Below, in pieces: positions 36,125 through 44,430 of a stretch of 64,000 nucleotides of DNA. The position numbers and the translations under genes are program-made. The stretch comes from a virus. Lineage: Duplodnaviria; Caudoviricetes. The stretch covers positions 43,985 to 107,984 of IMG/VR virus record IMGVR_UViG_2928716645_000002; one strand, written 5' to 3'. Under the pieces are notes generated by a model. That model saw only the letters and a list, made by a program, of their open reading frames with translations, was not told where the DNA came from and searched no databases. The stretch's first letter is position 1, and every line of letters starts with the position of its first letter.

Positions 36125-36139
36125 GGGGATCCTTTGTTG

Positions 36140-37021
36140 TCAGTGGGTGATGAAGGCGATGGGCCGTTTCGACTGCCAACACAGCGCACAACTGCCGCAC
36201 GTTCCGGCCTTCTGGAGTTGCTGCGGGCAGACGATTGCGTGCGCCGGCGCCTGCGAGGGCAACTCGACGGACACCGTCGAGCATTCGTCTATCGGCGCAT
36301 CAGAGAACCGGATCGCGAAACGGTCCCAGTTCTTGAGAACGAGGCGCACCAGCGCGGCGGCGATTGGATCGCGATCGCAGTCCCAGCGTGCCGAGAAGCC
36401 GAAGGCGTGCAGTTGCGGCACCATGTCGAGCAGCCGCTCCCAGAGGCGGACGTACTCGACCGAATAGAAATCGCCGAGGACATGCAGCCGGACGGCAAAG
36501 CCCCGGCGGTGCCGGCGGCCGAGCTCGATCACCTCCTCGACCAGGCGCATCTCCAGCGCGTCACCATGCGCGAGCCGGTGGGCGTGCTGCATGTGGTTCC
36601 CGAAACAGGAACGGAAATGCCGGCAGGACCGCGGACATGTCGCCCGCTCCTCGAGGGTCAGAGTGTAGATCGGGAAGCCACGCCACTTGCCCTTGGTGAC
36701 CGCCTTGCCGATCTTCGCGCTGTTGAAGCCGCTCTTCAGAATGGCGTGGTCGTAGTTGGCTGGGTCGACAACAGTCGACCGATAGATCGCGCGGCCCTCG
36801 ACGATGGCCGGTAGATCATAGGGCGGGATCTTCGCGGTGCGCCCGGCGAGCGGCAGCGCAGCCTGGCGCGACAGCGTGCTCGCCTTAACGCCAACCTTCC
36901 TGTTGATGATGAGACGGAGGTACGGGATCGATCCGCCGAGCTGGGCTTGGATCTGCGGAACGGTGAGCTTTTGCGCGGCAAGCGCCCTCACCTGTTCGTG
37001 GTCGATGGTGCGGGTTCTCAT
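36140..37021 (-). CDS. GP88-like Cys-rich (radical-SAM-related) protein with an N-terminal HTH
   Basis: TCPRSC..SCF, RLHVLGDF and CPQQ..TCGSCALCW motifs. Confidence 0.7.
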   Translation of the reverse strand: MRTRTIDHEQVRALAAQKLTVPQIQAQLGGSIPYLRLIINRKVGVKASTLSRQAALPLAGRTAKIPPYDLPAIVEGRAIYRSTVVDPANYDHAILKSGFNSAKIGKAVTKGKWRGFPIYTLTLEERATCPRSCRHFRSCFGNHMQHAHRLAHGDALEMRLVEEVIELGRRHRRGFAVRLHVLGDFYSVEYVRLWERLLDMVPQLHAFGFSARWDCDRDPIAAALVRLVLKNWDRFAIRFSDAPIDECSTVSVELPSQAPAHAIVCPQQLQKAGTCGSCALCWQSKRPIAFITH

Positions 37022-37202
37022 GCACCACCTTCAATGACGAGGACGCGGGCCGACGTCGTCTCACGACGCCATTCCGAACGGCCGTCGATATTGATCCATC
37101 GGCGCTCGAGCCGAACCCAGAATAGCCGCGGCGCAAGCCGATAATCGGCCATCGGCGCCCAGCCGCGCATGTCCCAGCCCGGTGGTGGTGGCAGGTACAC
37201 CT

Positions 37203-37823
37203 TCATGCCGCCACCTCCCGCTCATCGAACAGCGGCGTCGGTGCGATGATCCTTTCTTTCCGGCGGCGCTCCGGGCGGCTGCCGTCGTCGTACTTGCCAA
37301 CCTCGTTACCCCACGCCACGAAGCCTTCATGGCTTTCCCGCGAAAACAGATCGCAACGGACGAGACCTGCCGTCTTTTCGCGGATGTGCTCGTAGAACTT
37401 GGCTGGCTTCTGGGAGTGACCGCGCGGCTTGCCCTCGATCTCGCCATAGAACGCATCATGGATCTGGTACTCGTCGCCGAACACACCGAGCAGGATGGAC
37501 TCGTGCATGCCGCGAGACCGATAACCGGTCCCGAGACGCCGCTTTGGCCAGACCAGTTCGGTCTTGTAGAGCGCGCCCCACTGCTCCAGCAGCCACATCG
37601 ACTTGTTGAGCGTCGGGGGGCACGCCCAAAGCAGGATGATGCCGTTCGCTCTGATGAGGTGGCCAACCGGCAATTTCGCCAGGTCGGTCCACGACATGAT
37701 GTCGTATTGAGCCGAGGCCGACTTCTTGTTCCCGTTGGCGGAATAGAGCGTAAACTCGGTCGGCGGATCGACGACCGCCAGATCGAAACCAAACATCGGC
37801 AGCGGGTCGAAGAACCAGTTCAT
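37203..37823 (-). CDS. MT-A70-family methyltransferase
   Basis: DPPT, LGTGYRSR..E, HSQKP and DLFSRE..WGNE motifs. Confidence 0.88.
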   Translation of the reverse strand: MNWFFDPLPMFGFDLAVVDPPTEFTLYSANGNKKSASAQYDIMSWTDLAKLPVGHLIRANGIILLWACPPTLNKSMWLLEQWGALYKTELVWPKRRLGTGYRSRGMHESILLGVFGDEYQIHDAFYGEIEGKPRGHSQKPAKFYEHIREKTAGLVRCDLFSRESHEGFVAWGNEVGKYDDGSRPERRRKERIIAPTPLFDEREVAA

Positions 37824-38224
37824 GCGCTCGCCTCGCGGGTGACGAGCGACTTGGCCAGGATCTCGCGCGAGGCCGGCGTCAGGCCGTAGCCAATGCAGCG
37901 ACGGTTCTCGATCTCGATGTGGAGATCCTTCAGTTTCGACCGCAACCGACAGATCACCACCTGCACCAGGTGCGCGTCGGCGGTCTGGCTTCGAGAGACC
38001 ATGGCGCGCAGCAGCACTTCGCTCGACCGAATCCCGTTCGGCGCGGTGTAGAGCGAGCGAAGAGCGCGGGCTTCTTGCGGTAGGAGACCCCACTCCCGCG
38101 GAAAGACGATCTGGTCGGCCTCGATCAGCCGGCTGAGATGGGTGTTCTCTGCTTCCAGTTGCGCGACCCGATCCCTGAGCCGCCGGATCTCGAGTTGATC
38201 GGGGGTTACACTGAGCGCCGTCAC
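37820..38224 (-). CDS. Stand-alone OmpR/CtrA-type winged-helix protein
   Basis: VQVVICRLRSKL..IENRRCIGY; no receiver domain. Confidence 0.8.
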   Translation of the reverse strand: MTALSVTPDQLEIRRLRDRVAQLEAENTHLSRLIEADQIVFPREWGLLPQEARALRSLYTAPNGIRSSEVLLRAMVSRSQTADAHLVQVVICRLRSKLKDLHIEIENRRCIGYGLTPASREILAKSLVTREASA

Positions 38225-38574
38225 GACTGCGGCTCCATGAAATACGCGCGCAGTGCTTCCTCGGCCGCGGTGCGTTCCGAGATCCTGTGCTGGCGGGCAT
38301 AAGCCTTCAGCGCGCGGCGCACCTCGGGCAACGGACGCACGACGAGCCCGTCGCCAACGCCAGGCTCTGGAAGGCTGAGCGTCCGTGCTTTGCCGGGCTC
38401 GCGCAGCAGCGCGCCGCGCTCCACGATGCTGTCGATCAAGTGCGAGATCGTGCCCCGCCCTCGAATGCCGAGGTGGTCAGCAATTTCCCTGTAGGACGGC
38501 GAGGCTCCGGAGGCATCGATCTGGTGCTTCACAAACTCGACGCACTGCGCCTGGACGTTGGTCAGCCCAATCAT
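38221..38574 (-). CDS. LexA-type DNA-binding-domain protein without the peptidase
   Basis: LT.VQ..SPSYREIADHLGI..ERG.L.REPGKARTL. Confidence 0.85.
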   Translation of the reverse strand: MIGLTNVQAQCVEFVKHQIDASGASPSYREIADHLGIRGRGTISHLIDSIVERGALLREPGKARTLSLPEPGVGDGLVVRPLPEVRRALKAYARQHRISERTAAEEALRAYFMEPQS

Positions 38575-38810
38575 GCTGGGCCTCCCGCCGGCAACGTCGG
38601 CTTGATCACCTCGTCCGCGTAGCGCGCGAAGACGTCATAGGCGGCCTGGCGGCCGACCGAGCCAACTAGGTATGTCGCGATCGCCTGCAGGTGCGCGTCG
38701 ACCACCAACGTGGCGACTTCTTTGCCGCCTGCGGACTCGACTGTCATCAAGGAGACAATGCATTCCTTGCGGGCGTAATCCTTTATGATGTTCGGGGCGA
38801 CGGCGGTCAT
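38571..38810 (-). CDS. Hypothetical protein
   Basis: ATGA coupling on both sides. Confidence 0.6.
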   Translation of the reverse strand: MTAVAPNIIKDYARKECIVSLMTVESAGGKEVATLVVDAHLQAIATYLVGSVGRQAAYDVFARYADEVIKPTLPAGGPA

Positions 38811-39400
38811 GATGCGACCTCGCGCCGGGCACGGTGTATTGCAGCCAGACGCTGGCCATGGAGCACGCGCCGCGCCCTCTCCTCCGGCGAAATGTTGCGT
38901 ACCCGCGGCTGCGTGCTCTGATATGCCAGCCGAACGTGCTGGGCGCAGTACGGGCAGTCCGGCAGCACCGGCGCCGCGCAGAAATAGAAATCCGGTGTAG
39001 ACGGATCTCCAAACGGCCATCTGCAGTCGCCACGGGCGAGATCGAGTACGCCCTTGCGCTGCGCCTGCGGAACACTGTCGTCGAACTCCGTCGCGTTCAG
39101 CGCCGAGAGCTCGGTGTCCAACTCGCCTGAAGCAATCGCTTGATCCCGCTGCGCAAGCACGTCACGAATCATGGTCTGACGGCGCGGTTGCGGCGGTGCT
39201 GACCGCTTCCGCTTCGGCACGCGGCTTTCCCGCACCTCTTTGGGCCGGGTATTCGCCATACCGAGCCGATGAAGCTTTCCGATCACGGCATTGCGGGTGA
39301 CGCTGCCGAGCTCAGCGGCGATCTGCGAGCAAGATAGTCCGGACTCGAACAGCTTCTTCAGCTGCTCGACCCGCTCCTCGGACCAGGTGGACGTCCTCAT
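38807..39400 (-). CDS. gcrA: GcrA-family cell-cycle regulator
   Basis: WSEERVEQLKKL, VTRNAVIGKLHRLG, CRWPFGDP..FYFC and PYCAQH motifs. Confidence 0.93.
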   Translation of the reverse strand: MRTSTWSEERVEQLKKLFESGLSCSQIAAELGSVTRNAVIGKLHRLGMANTRPKEVRESRVPKRKRSAPPQPRRQTMIRDVLAQRDQAIASGELDTELSALNATEFDDSVPQAQRKGVLDLARGDCRWPFGDPSTPDFYFCAAPVLPDCPYCAQHVRLAYQSTQPRVRNISPEERARRVLHGQRLAAIHRARREVAS

Positions 39401-39639
39401 CGGCGTGCCGCCTTCCGGCGCTCTTCGCGGATCTCGGCGAAGGGTTTCTCGCAGCGACCATCCAGCCACTTCGAGACGTCGAACCACCAGCGTGCCAACC
39501 CAATCCAGTATTCGCTGCACGACGTGCAGCGGTTGCTAATGGCGACGGCCCGATCGGCCAGGAATGGAAACACTTAGAAGCTCGCTTGATTGATGCGCCG
39601 CGAGACCGCGCGGCTCGTACTCTGACCGACCGGTGGTTC

Positions 39640-40071
39640 TCAGCGCCGGCTCAACTCCATGTGGATCTGTCGCTCGTCCGCTTCGCGCCGCACGCGCTTC
39701 ACCTCAGCCTCCGCCTCGGCCAGGCGCCGCTCGAGGATCTGGCGCGTCAGCCAGCGTTCGCGCGTTTCTTCCGGGATGTGCGACCAAAGCGCGTCGATGC
39801 ACTCGAGGCCTTCCGGGCCGGCGCAGACGTTGAGGAAATGCTCGATGTCGATCACGCGATTGCTTGCCGTCCAATTGTCGACGGTGCCCATGGAGCACTT
39901 CGCGCGCGCGGCCATCGTCTTTCGGAAGCTGCCGCCGGTCATGGCGTTGCGACAAACGCGAATGATTTCAGCGGTGATTTTTGCGGCTCTTACGTTCGTA
40001 GAAACCGGTTTGCACGAACGTAGGAGACGTTCGTTTGCATTGATCGAGGCGGCAAGCGATGCTGTTCCCAT
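39640..40071 (-). CDS. CII-like putative regulator
   Basis: Downstream of cro; HTH-like KTMAARAKCSMGTVDNW. Confidence 0.55.
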   Translation of the reverse strand: MGTASLAASINANERLLRSCKPVSTNVRAAKITAEIIRVCRNAMTGGSFRKTMAARAKCSMGTVDNWTASNRVIDIEHFLNVCAGPEGLECIDALWSHIPEETRERWLTRQILERRLAEAEAEVKRVRREADERQIHMELSRR

Positions 40072-40419
40072 GATGAATGCTCCCTATTTTCACAAACAAA
40101 ATTCTAGCGTGTCGGTCGTGCCGACACCGGACAAAGACGACGACTGGGCGCGCGCCGCCCTGGCCGGAACGCGAATGTTGATCGCGGAGGAATCCTTCGA
40201 CGCGATGCTGCAGATGCTGATTGATGCCGGCCTGGTGCCGAGGAGTTGCGCAGCGGTCATGCTCGACCGCCTTTCCGAGCGCCTGTTGCTGCACGCGTCC
40301 GGGCGCACTGGCACGCACTGGGCGATCCGGGTGCCGGAGTTGATTGATCAGGCGACGAGATTGGCGACGAAAGCCGCGACGCTGAGAACTGTGATCGGCG
40401 GCGTGTCATGATGCGAACC

Positions 40420-40953
40420 TCATGCCGCCCGCGCGGGCATATCGCCCGCGGCTTGCTTCAGGTTCGCAGCGTAGAGTTGCTCGACGGTGACGCCGCTGAG
40501 CGACATGAGGAGCGCCCAATGCCAATCTCGGATGCCGTTGCGACGCCACTTGTGGACCGCATCAACGGTTACGGCTCCTTTCGAAGCCGCGGCGATCTTG
40601 GCCGGGCCGCCGGCAGCCCAGATTACGTCGTCGATCGACGGTTGGTCCGGCAGCAGTCGCTTCTCGCCTTGCTGCTCGGGCCACCGATAGGTCCCGGCGG
40701 CAAGTTCACCGATAGCGCACAAGAGCGCATCATCCGGCTTGAACCATTCGCCCTCAGTCCGGAGATCGGCAAATATTTGATGAAGCCTGGCTTCCTCAGC
40801 CGTGGTGCCCCGAACGGTCGCGAGGATAACGATCGGCCACGGGCAGCCCGTCTGAAGCTTTGCGACCCGCTGCGACGGTTTGCCGGCGGTGAACCCAATC
40901 TTGATCGGCCCATCGCGCCCCGCCTGTGCAAAATAGATGGTCGGGGATGTCAT
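40420..40953 (-). CDS. GIY-YIG (T5orf172-like) domain fused to a Cro-like HTH
   Basis: IYFAQ..PIKIGFT..LQTG..GEWF, followed by GGPAKIA..AVHKWRRNGI. Confidence 0.85.
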   Translation of the reverse strand: MTSPTIYFAQAGRDGPIKIGFTAGKPSQRVAKLQTGCPWPIVILATVRGTTAEEARLHQIFADLRTEGEWFKPDDALLCAIGELAAGTYRWPEQQGEKRLLPDQPSIDDVIWAAGGPAKIAAASKGAVTVDAVHKWRRNGIRDWHWALLMSLSGVTVEQLYAANLKQAAGDMPARAA

Positions 40954-40956
40954 GCG

Positions 40957-41202
40957 TCACCCCTCAACCGCGCCGGCATCAGCGTCGGACGCGCGCTCCT
41001 GCTGGTCGATGAGCGGCAGGTCGACGAAGTCGTTCGGCGTGACCTCGCCGGCGGTAACTTCGAAGATCTTGATCAGAGTTTCCTCGTCCGGCATACGCTT
41101 GCCGGCCGCATAGCGGCTGACCGCGGCTTGGGACTTCCCAATCCGATCGCCGACCTCTTGGTGGCTGAGCCCCTCGCGGGCGATCCAGTCGCTGAGTTTC
41201 AT
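40957..41202 (-). CDS. cro: Cro-like repressor
   Basis: MKLSDW..SQAAVSRY..VTPNDF; divergent from cI. Confidence 0.88.
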   Translation of the reverse strand: MKLSDWIAREGLSHQEVGDRIGKSQAAVSRYAAGKRMPDEETLIKIFEVTAGEVTPNDFVDLPLIDQQERASDADAGAVEG

Positions 41203-41211
41203 AGCGACGAA

Positions 41212-41296
41212 ATACCATAATGGTATCTGTCGCACAAGGCATTAATACCAATCTGGTTTTAGACAATACCGTTTCGGTGAATTACCAAACTGGTAT
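41212..41296. promoter_or_regulatory. OR-like cluster of four ATACC-N5-GGTAT-type operators
   Basis: Sites at 41212 (perfect), 41245, 41266 and 41282, between cro and cI. Confidence 0.88.
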
Positions 41297-42038
41297 GAGT
41301 CGCCGACAGACCAAGGTCATGAAAGAAAAGCCGAATTTCCTCGCCGCACATCGCGAGGCCGCCGGCATGGCTGATCATGAGTTGGCCAAGAAGGTGGGAA
41401 CCTCGCAGCCGCAAATCAACCGCCTGGAGAATGGCGAGCGCAAGCTGACGATCGATTGGCTCCAGCGCATTGCCGTCGCACTCGACAAGTCGGTGCCAGA
41501 ACTGCTGGAACCGCCGCTCGGAACCATTAAGGAAACGCCAAAAGTATCACTCGCTGAGGTTGGCATCTCCGACTCACCTCCCGTACAGTCCCCGCCCAAT
41601 GCCGGGCTCGCAAATGAGCCGACAAGAACAACACGCCGGCGGATCGACATCCTGGGCCGCGCCGCAGGCGGCAAGGAGGGCAAGTTCATCTTGAACGGGG
41701 AAAAACAGGGCTACATTCTAGCACCGCCGAGCGTCGAGGCCGTATCGAAGGCATATGCGCTCTACATTTTTGGGAACTCAATGTCGCCGCGTTACGAAGA
41801 CGGCGAGATGGTGATCGCAAATCCAGAAGCGCCATATGGCAAAGGCAGTTACGTTGTCGCTCAACTCTACACTGACGAGGAAGGCGTCTTCGAGTGCTAC
41901 GTCAAGCGTTTCGTGTCCTTCGGGAAGGAGCTCGTGCTCGAGCAGCTAAATCCACCCAAAGGCCATGACGCGATCATGCGCTTCCCGGCAAATCGGGTCT
42001 ATCGGATCGACAAGCTAGTGGGTCCGGACGGCAAGTAG
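41295..42038 (+). CDS. cI: CI-like repressor (XRE HTH plus S24 peptidase); start uncertain
   Basis: SQPQINRLENG, AAG cleavage region, GNSMSP and VKR motifs. Confidence 0.92.
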   Translation: MSRRQTKVMKEKPNFLAAHREAAGMADHELAKKVGTSQPQINRLENGERKLTIDWLQRIAVALDKSVPELLEPPLGTIKETPKVSLAEVGISDSPPVQSPPNAGLANEPTRTTRRRIDILGRAAGGKEGKFILNGEKQGYILAPPSVEAVSKAYALYIFGNSMSPRYEDGEMVIANPEAPYGKGSYVVAQLYTDEEGVFECYVKRFVSFGKELVLEQLNPPKGHDAIMRFPANRVYRIDKLVGPDGK

Positions 42039-42126
42039 ACCACCAGATGTTGCGCGGAAAAATTCGATTCGACTCTGCGGCAGAAAGATTCAATCATCGC
42101 CATCCCTCCTGGAAGTTGCGACGGCG

Positions 42127-42384
42127 ATGCGATCTGCACCAAACCAAAAAACTGTTACGTCAGAGCCGTTTCTCGAAATTACCTGCACCGACTGTGGGCA
42201 CTCAAAGATCTGGTCCGAGCATGATGTCGCTTATTATGGCATTGCTCCCGATACGCCGATCGAAACCCTCGGCAAGCATCTATTTTGTTCGCGGTGTCGC
42301 GCTCAAGGTGGTTGGGGCTATAACCTCGAGATCTCTCCTCGGCGCAATCGTCCTGATCAGCCATGGCTCCGGCGCGCGGGCTGA
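42127..42384 (+). CDS. Small CxxC...CxxC zinc-ribbon protein
   Basis: CTDCGH..LFCSRC. Confidence 0.6.
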   Translation: MRSAPNQKTVTSEPFLEITCTDCGHSKIWSEHDVAYYGIAPDTPIETLGKHLFCSRCRAQGGWGYNLEISPRRNRPDQPWLRRAG

Positions 42385-42733
42385 GCTACCGAAGCCATCG
42401 GATCAGGATCTCGCCGCGGCGCGCGCTGAAATCGCGCGCATGGCTGAGCCCGAGCTGCGATCGCTGCTGACCTATTTTGCTGAATGCACCGATCGCACAT
42501 CGCTGAACCAGACGGTGAGGCAGGCTTGCAAATCGGCGTTCGTCAAATACCAGACCGAATTCGGCGGCAAGCGCACGGTCGACAAGCTGATCGCGGAGCA
42601 GGAGGAGCTCGGCGAGATCCAGCGAACCTTCCGCGCTACTGGGCAGGCGACGGACTCGTCCTATGTCGAGACCGTTGATCGACAACTCCGCCAGGCGGTC
42701 GGCGATGCCTTGAAGGCAAACTCCAGCCGCTAG
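42308..42733 (+). CDS. Putative exported helical protein; start uncertain
   Basis: Hydrophobic stretch ending in ARA-E, and one Cys pair. Confidence 0.5.
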   Translation: MVGAITSRSLLGAIVLISHGSGARAELPKPSDQDLAAARAEIARMAEPELRSLLTYFAECTDRTSLNQTVRQACKSAFVKYQTEFGGKRTVDKLIAEQEELGEIQRTFRATGQATDSSYVETVDRQLRQAVGDALKANSSR

Positions 42734-43239
42734 CGCGACAACCTCGACGCGAGCGTGCTGCGGATCGTCGGCAGCCGCTCTACGAAGTCGGCGATCCCGG
42801 CCAATTCGTCGCGGGCCGCCCTCACCTCCACCATCATCTCGGCGATCGCCGGCAGGAACTTCGACTTCTGGCGCCAGCGCCGGCATGCCATCTCGACCGC
42901 CCCCATGGATGGATCCAGCGACATGACGTCGTCGCGGAGGAATTGGCCGAACACTCCGGCATCCTGACTGCCGGCGTTCGGGAACGCCTTCAGCAGCAGG
43001 CCAAGGTAGGCGACTGCGCCGGCGGCCGGTATCGGCGCGATGGCTTGATCGAACGCCGCCTTGTTCTCTCGGTGCACCGCGATCGCGCGGTCCACCAGTC
43101 CCAGGAGCTCGGTGCTGGGCTCGTCAGCGAGCGCGGCGGCCTCGCGCGCCGCGGCGAGTTCTCGCAGCACCGGCTCGAGCCTCGCGAATGACGGCGGTGC
43201 CGGCGGCGAGCCGCGCGGCCGTTCAACGAGATCGCGCAT
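42730..43239 (-). CDS. Initiator-associated protein (helicase loader / P-like position)
   Basis: ACRRW..KFLPAIAEM; overlaps the initiator stop. Confidence 0.6.
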   Translation of the reverse strand: MRDLVERPRGSPPAPPSFARLEPVLRELAAAREAAALADEPSTELLGLVDRAIAVHRENKAAFDQAIAPIPAAGAVAYLGLLLKAFPNAGSQDAGVFGQFLRDDVMSLDPSMGAVEMACRRWRQKSKFLPAIAEMMVEVRAARDELAGIADFVERLPTIRSTLASRLSR

Positions 43240-44092
43240 GGAAATCCTCCTCGGTCAGGCCGGCCATCATGCCGTCGATCGCGGTGTCGGCGCGGCTCGG
43301 CGCCGTCGGCGTGCCGCCCCGAGGCGACCGGCGGTCGTAATCGTTACCCACCCACGTCCGCCAGGCGGCGTCCCAATCGGCCATCAGGTTGCCCCTGCTA
43401 GTGTGGAAGTTCTTGAACTTCTCAGCCTGAAACCGGATGTGGTCATCGTTCCATCCGCGCTCGCGAGCATACTTCCAACCCACATCCGGAAGCTGCCAGT
43501 CCGCGGGAAGCCTTGTCCTGCGCCCGGACTGACGTCCCCTGCGCTTTGGCTGCGGCTCCTCGGCCGGAGGATCATCGCCAAAAAGGCCTTTGGCCGGGTC
43601 CAATTCGCGCCCGGCAACGGGCGCCATCTGCTCTTCCCCTTCTTCCTTTCTTGTATTTTTTATTTCTTCTGTTTTGTGCTGGTCCTGTGCTGGTCCTGTG
43701 CTGGGACCTTGCTGGCGCTGTGCTGAGACGTTGTCGTCCACTGTGTCATCGACTTGATCGTCACCTTGATAATGATCGTAATTACAGATGGTTATGATGG
43801 TAACCCCCTTGTCGGTCCGTGTGTTGATCATCCCTTCTTTTTCGCATCGACCCAAATAGCCCCTCACCGACCCGACGCTCCATAGCCATTTTTCAGCGAG
43901 AAAACGCAGCGATCCGGCGAGGTCTCCACGATCGAGGTCGACGAAGAACTGGCCGAACCTGCGCTGCCGCGGTCTCCATGCCGCTTCCTGAATCATCCAG
44001 GTGAAGACCTCTCTCTCGGACATCGGGGATGGCCGGAAGAACTCATGCTCGTAGAGCGATCGGTAGAGTTTGATGTAGCCGCGATAAGCCAA
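43223..44092 (-). CDS. Lambda O-like replication initiator
   Basis: GYIKLYRSL, TICNYDHYQ and a C-terminal RLPADW..DWDAAWRTW; contains internal iterons. Confidence 0.85.
   Translation of the reverse strand: MAYRGYIKLYRSLYEHEFFRPSPMSEREVFTWMIQEAAWRPRQRRFGQFFVDLDRGDLAGSLRFLAEKWLWSVGSVRGYLGRCEKEGMINTRTDKGVTIITICNYDHYQGDDQVDDTVDDNVSAQRQQGPSTGPAQDQHKTEEIKNTRKEEGEEQMAPVAGRELDPAKGLFGDDPPAEEPQPKRRGRQSGRRTRLPADWQLPDVGWKYARERGWNDDHIRFQAEKFKNFHTSRGNLMADWDAAWRTWVGNDYDRRSPRGGTPTAPSRADTAIDGMMAGLTEEDFHARSR
43641..43726. repeat. Putative replication origin: 11-bp-spaced iterons plus an AT-rich tract
   Basis: TGTGCTG(G) at 43675, 43686, 43697, ~43708 (degenerate) and 43719, next to the T-rich stretch 43641-43675. 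Confidence 0.75.
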
Positions 44093-44172
44093 TTACAGGA
44101 CCTCGAAGGGCGCGGAAGGAGCGCTGGGCGACCTGCGGTTTACCATCGCAGGAGCTATCCCCACAAAAAATA

Positions 44173-44214
44173 ATACCACACTGGTATTGACAGTAAATAC
44201 CAAAACGGTATTCT
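44173..44214 (+). promoter_or_regulatory. PL/OL-like promoter with two perfect operators
   Basis: ATACC-ACACT-GGTAT (44173) and ATACC-AAAAC-GGTAT (44197) overlap TTGACA-16-TATTCT. Confidence 0.88.
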
Positions 44215-44238
44215 CCCGGACGCCACGGGAGACTTGCC

Positions 44239-44430
44239 TTGACCACCACGACAAAAACAGCCGATCCGGCCGCCCTCGAGGAAGGGCAGCGGTGCCCGAT
44301 TGCGGGCTGCGACGGCACCGTCGTGCTGGTCCGAGAAGGTGACTGCGCCTGCCACATCGCGCCGCCCTGCCCCGCCTGCACTGATGCTCACCTGTCGTGC
44401 GACGTCTGTGGCAAGGAGCGCCGGCCATGA
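44239..44430 (+). CDS. Cys-rich small protein
   Basis: CACHIAPPCPAC; first gene after the promoter. Confidence 0.7.
   Translation: MTTTTKTADPAALEEGQRCPIAGCDGTVVLVREGDCACHIAPPCPACTDAHLSCDVCGKERRP

Noticed and set aside
40070-40411. Plus-strand ORF between the CII-like and GIY-YIG genes
   Set aside because: It could be real, but it has no clear SD or motif and is antisense to the operon, so it was not called.
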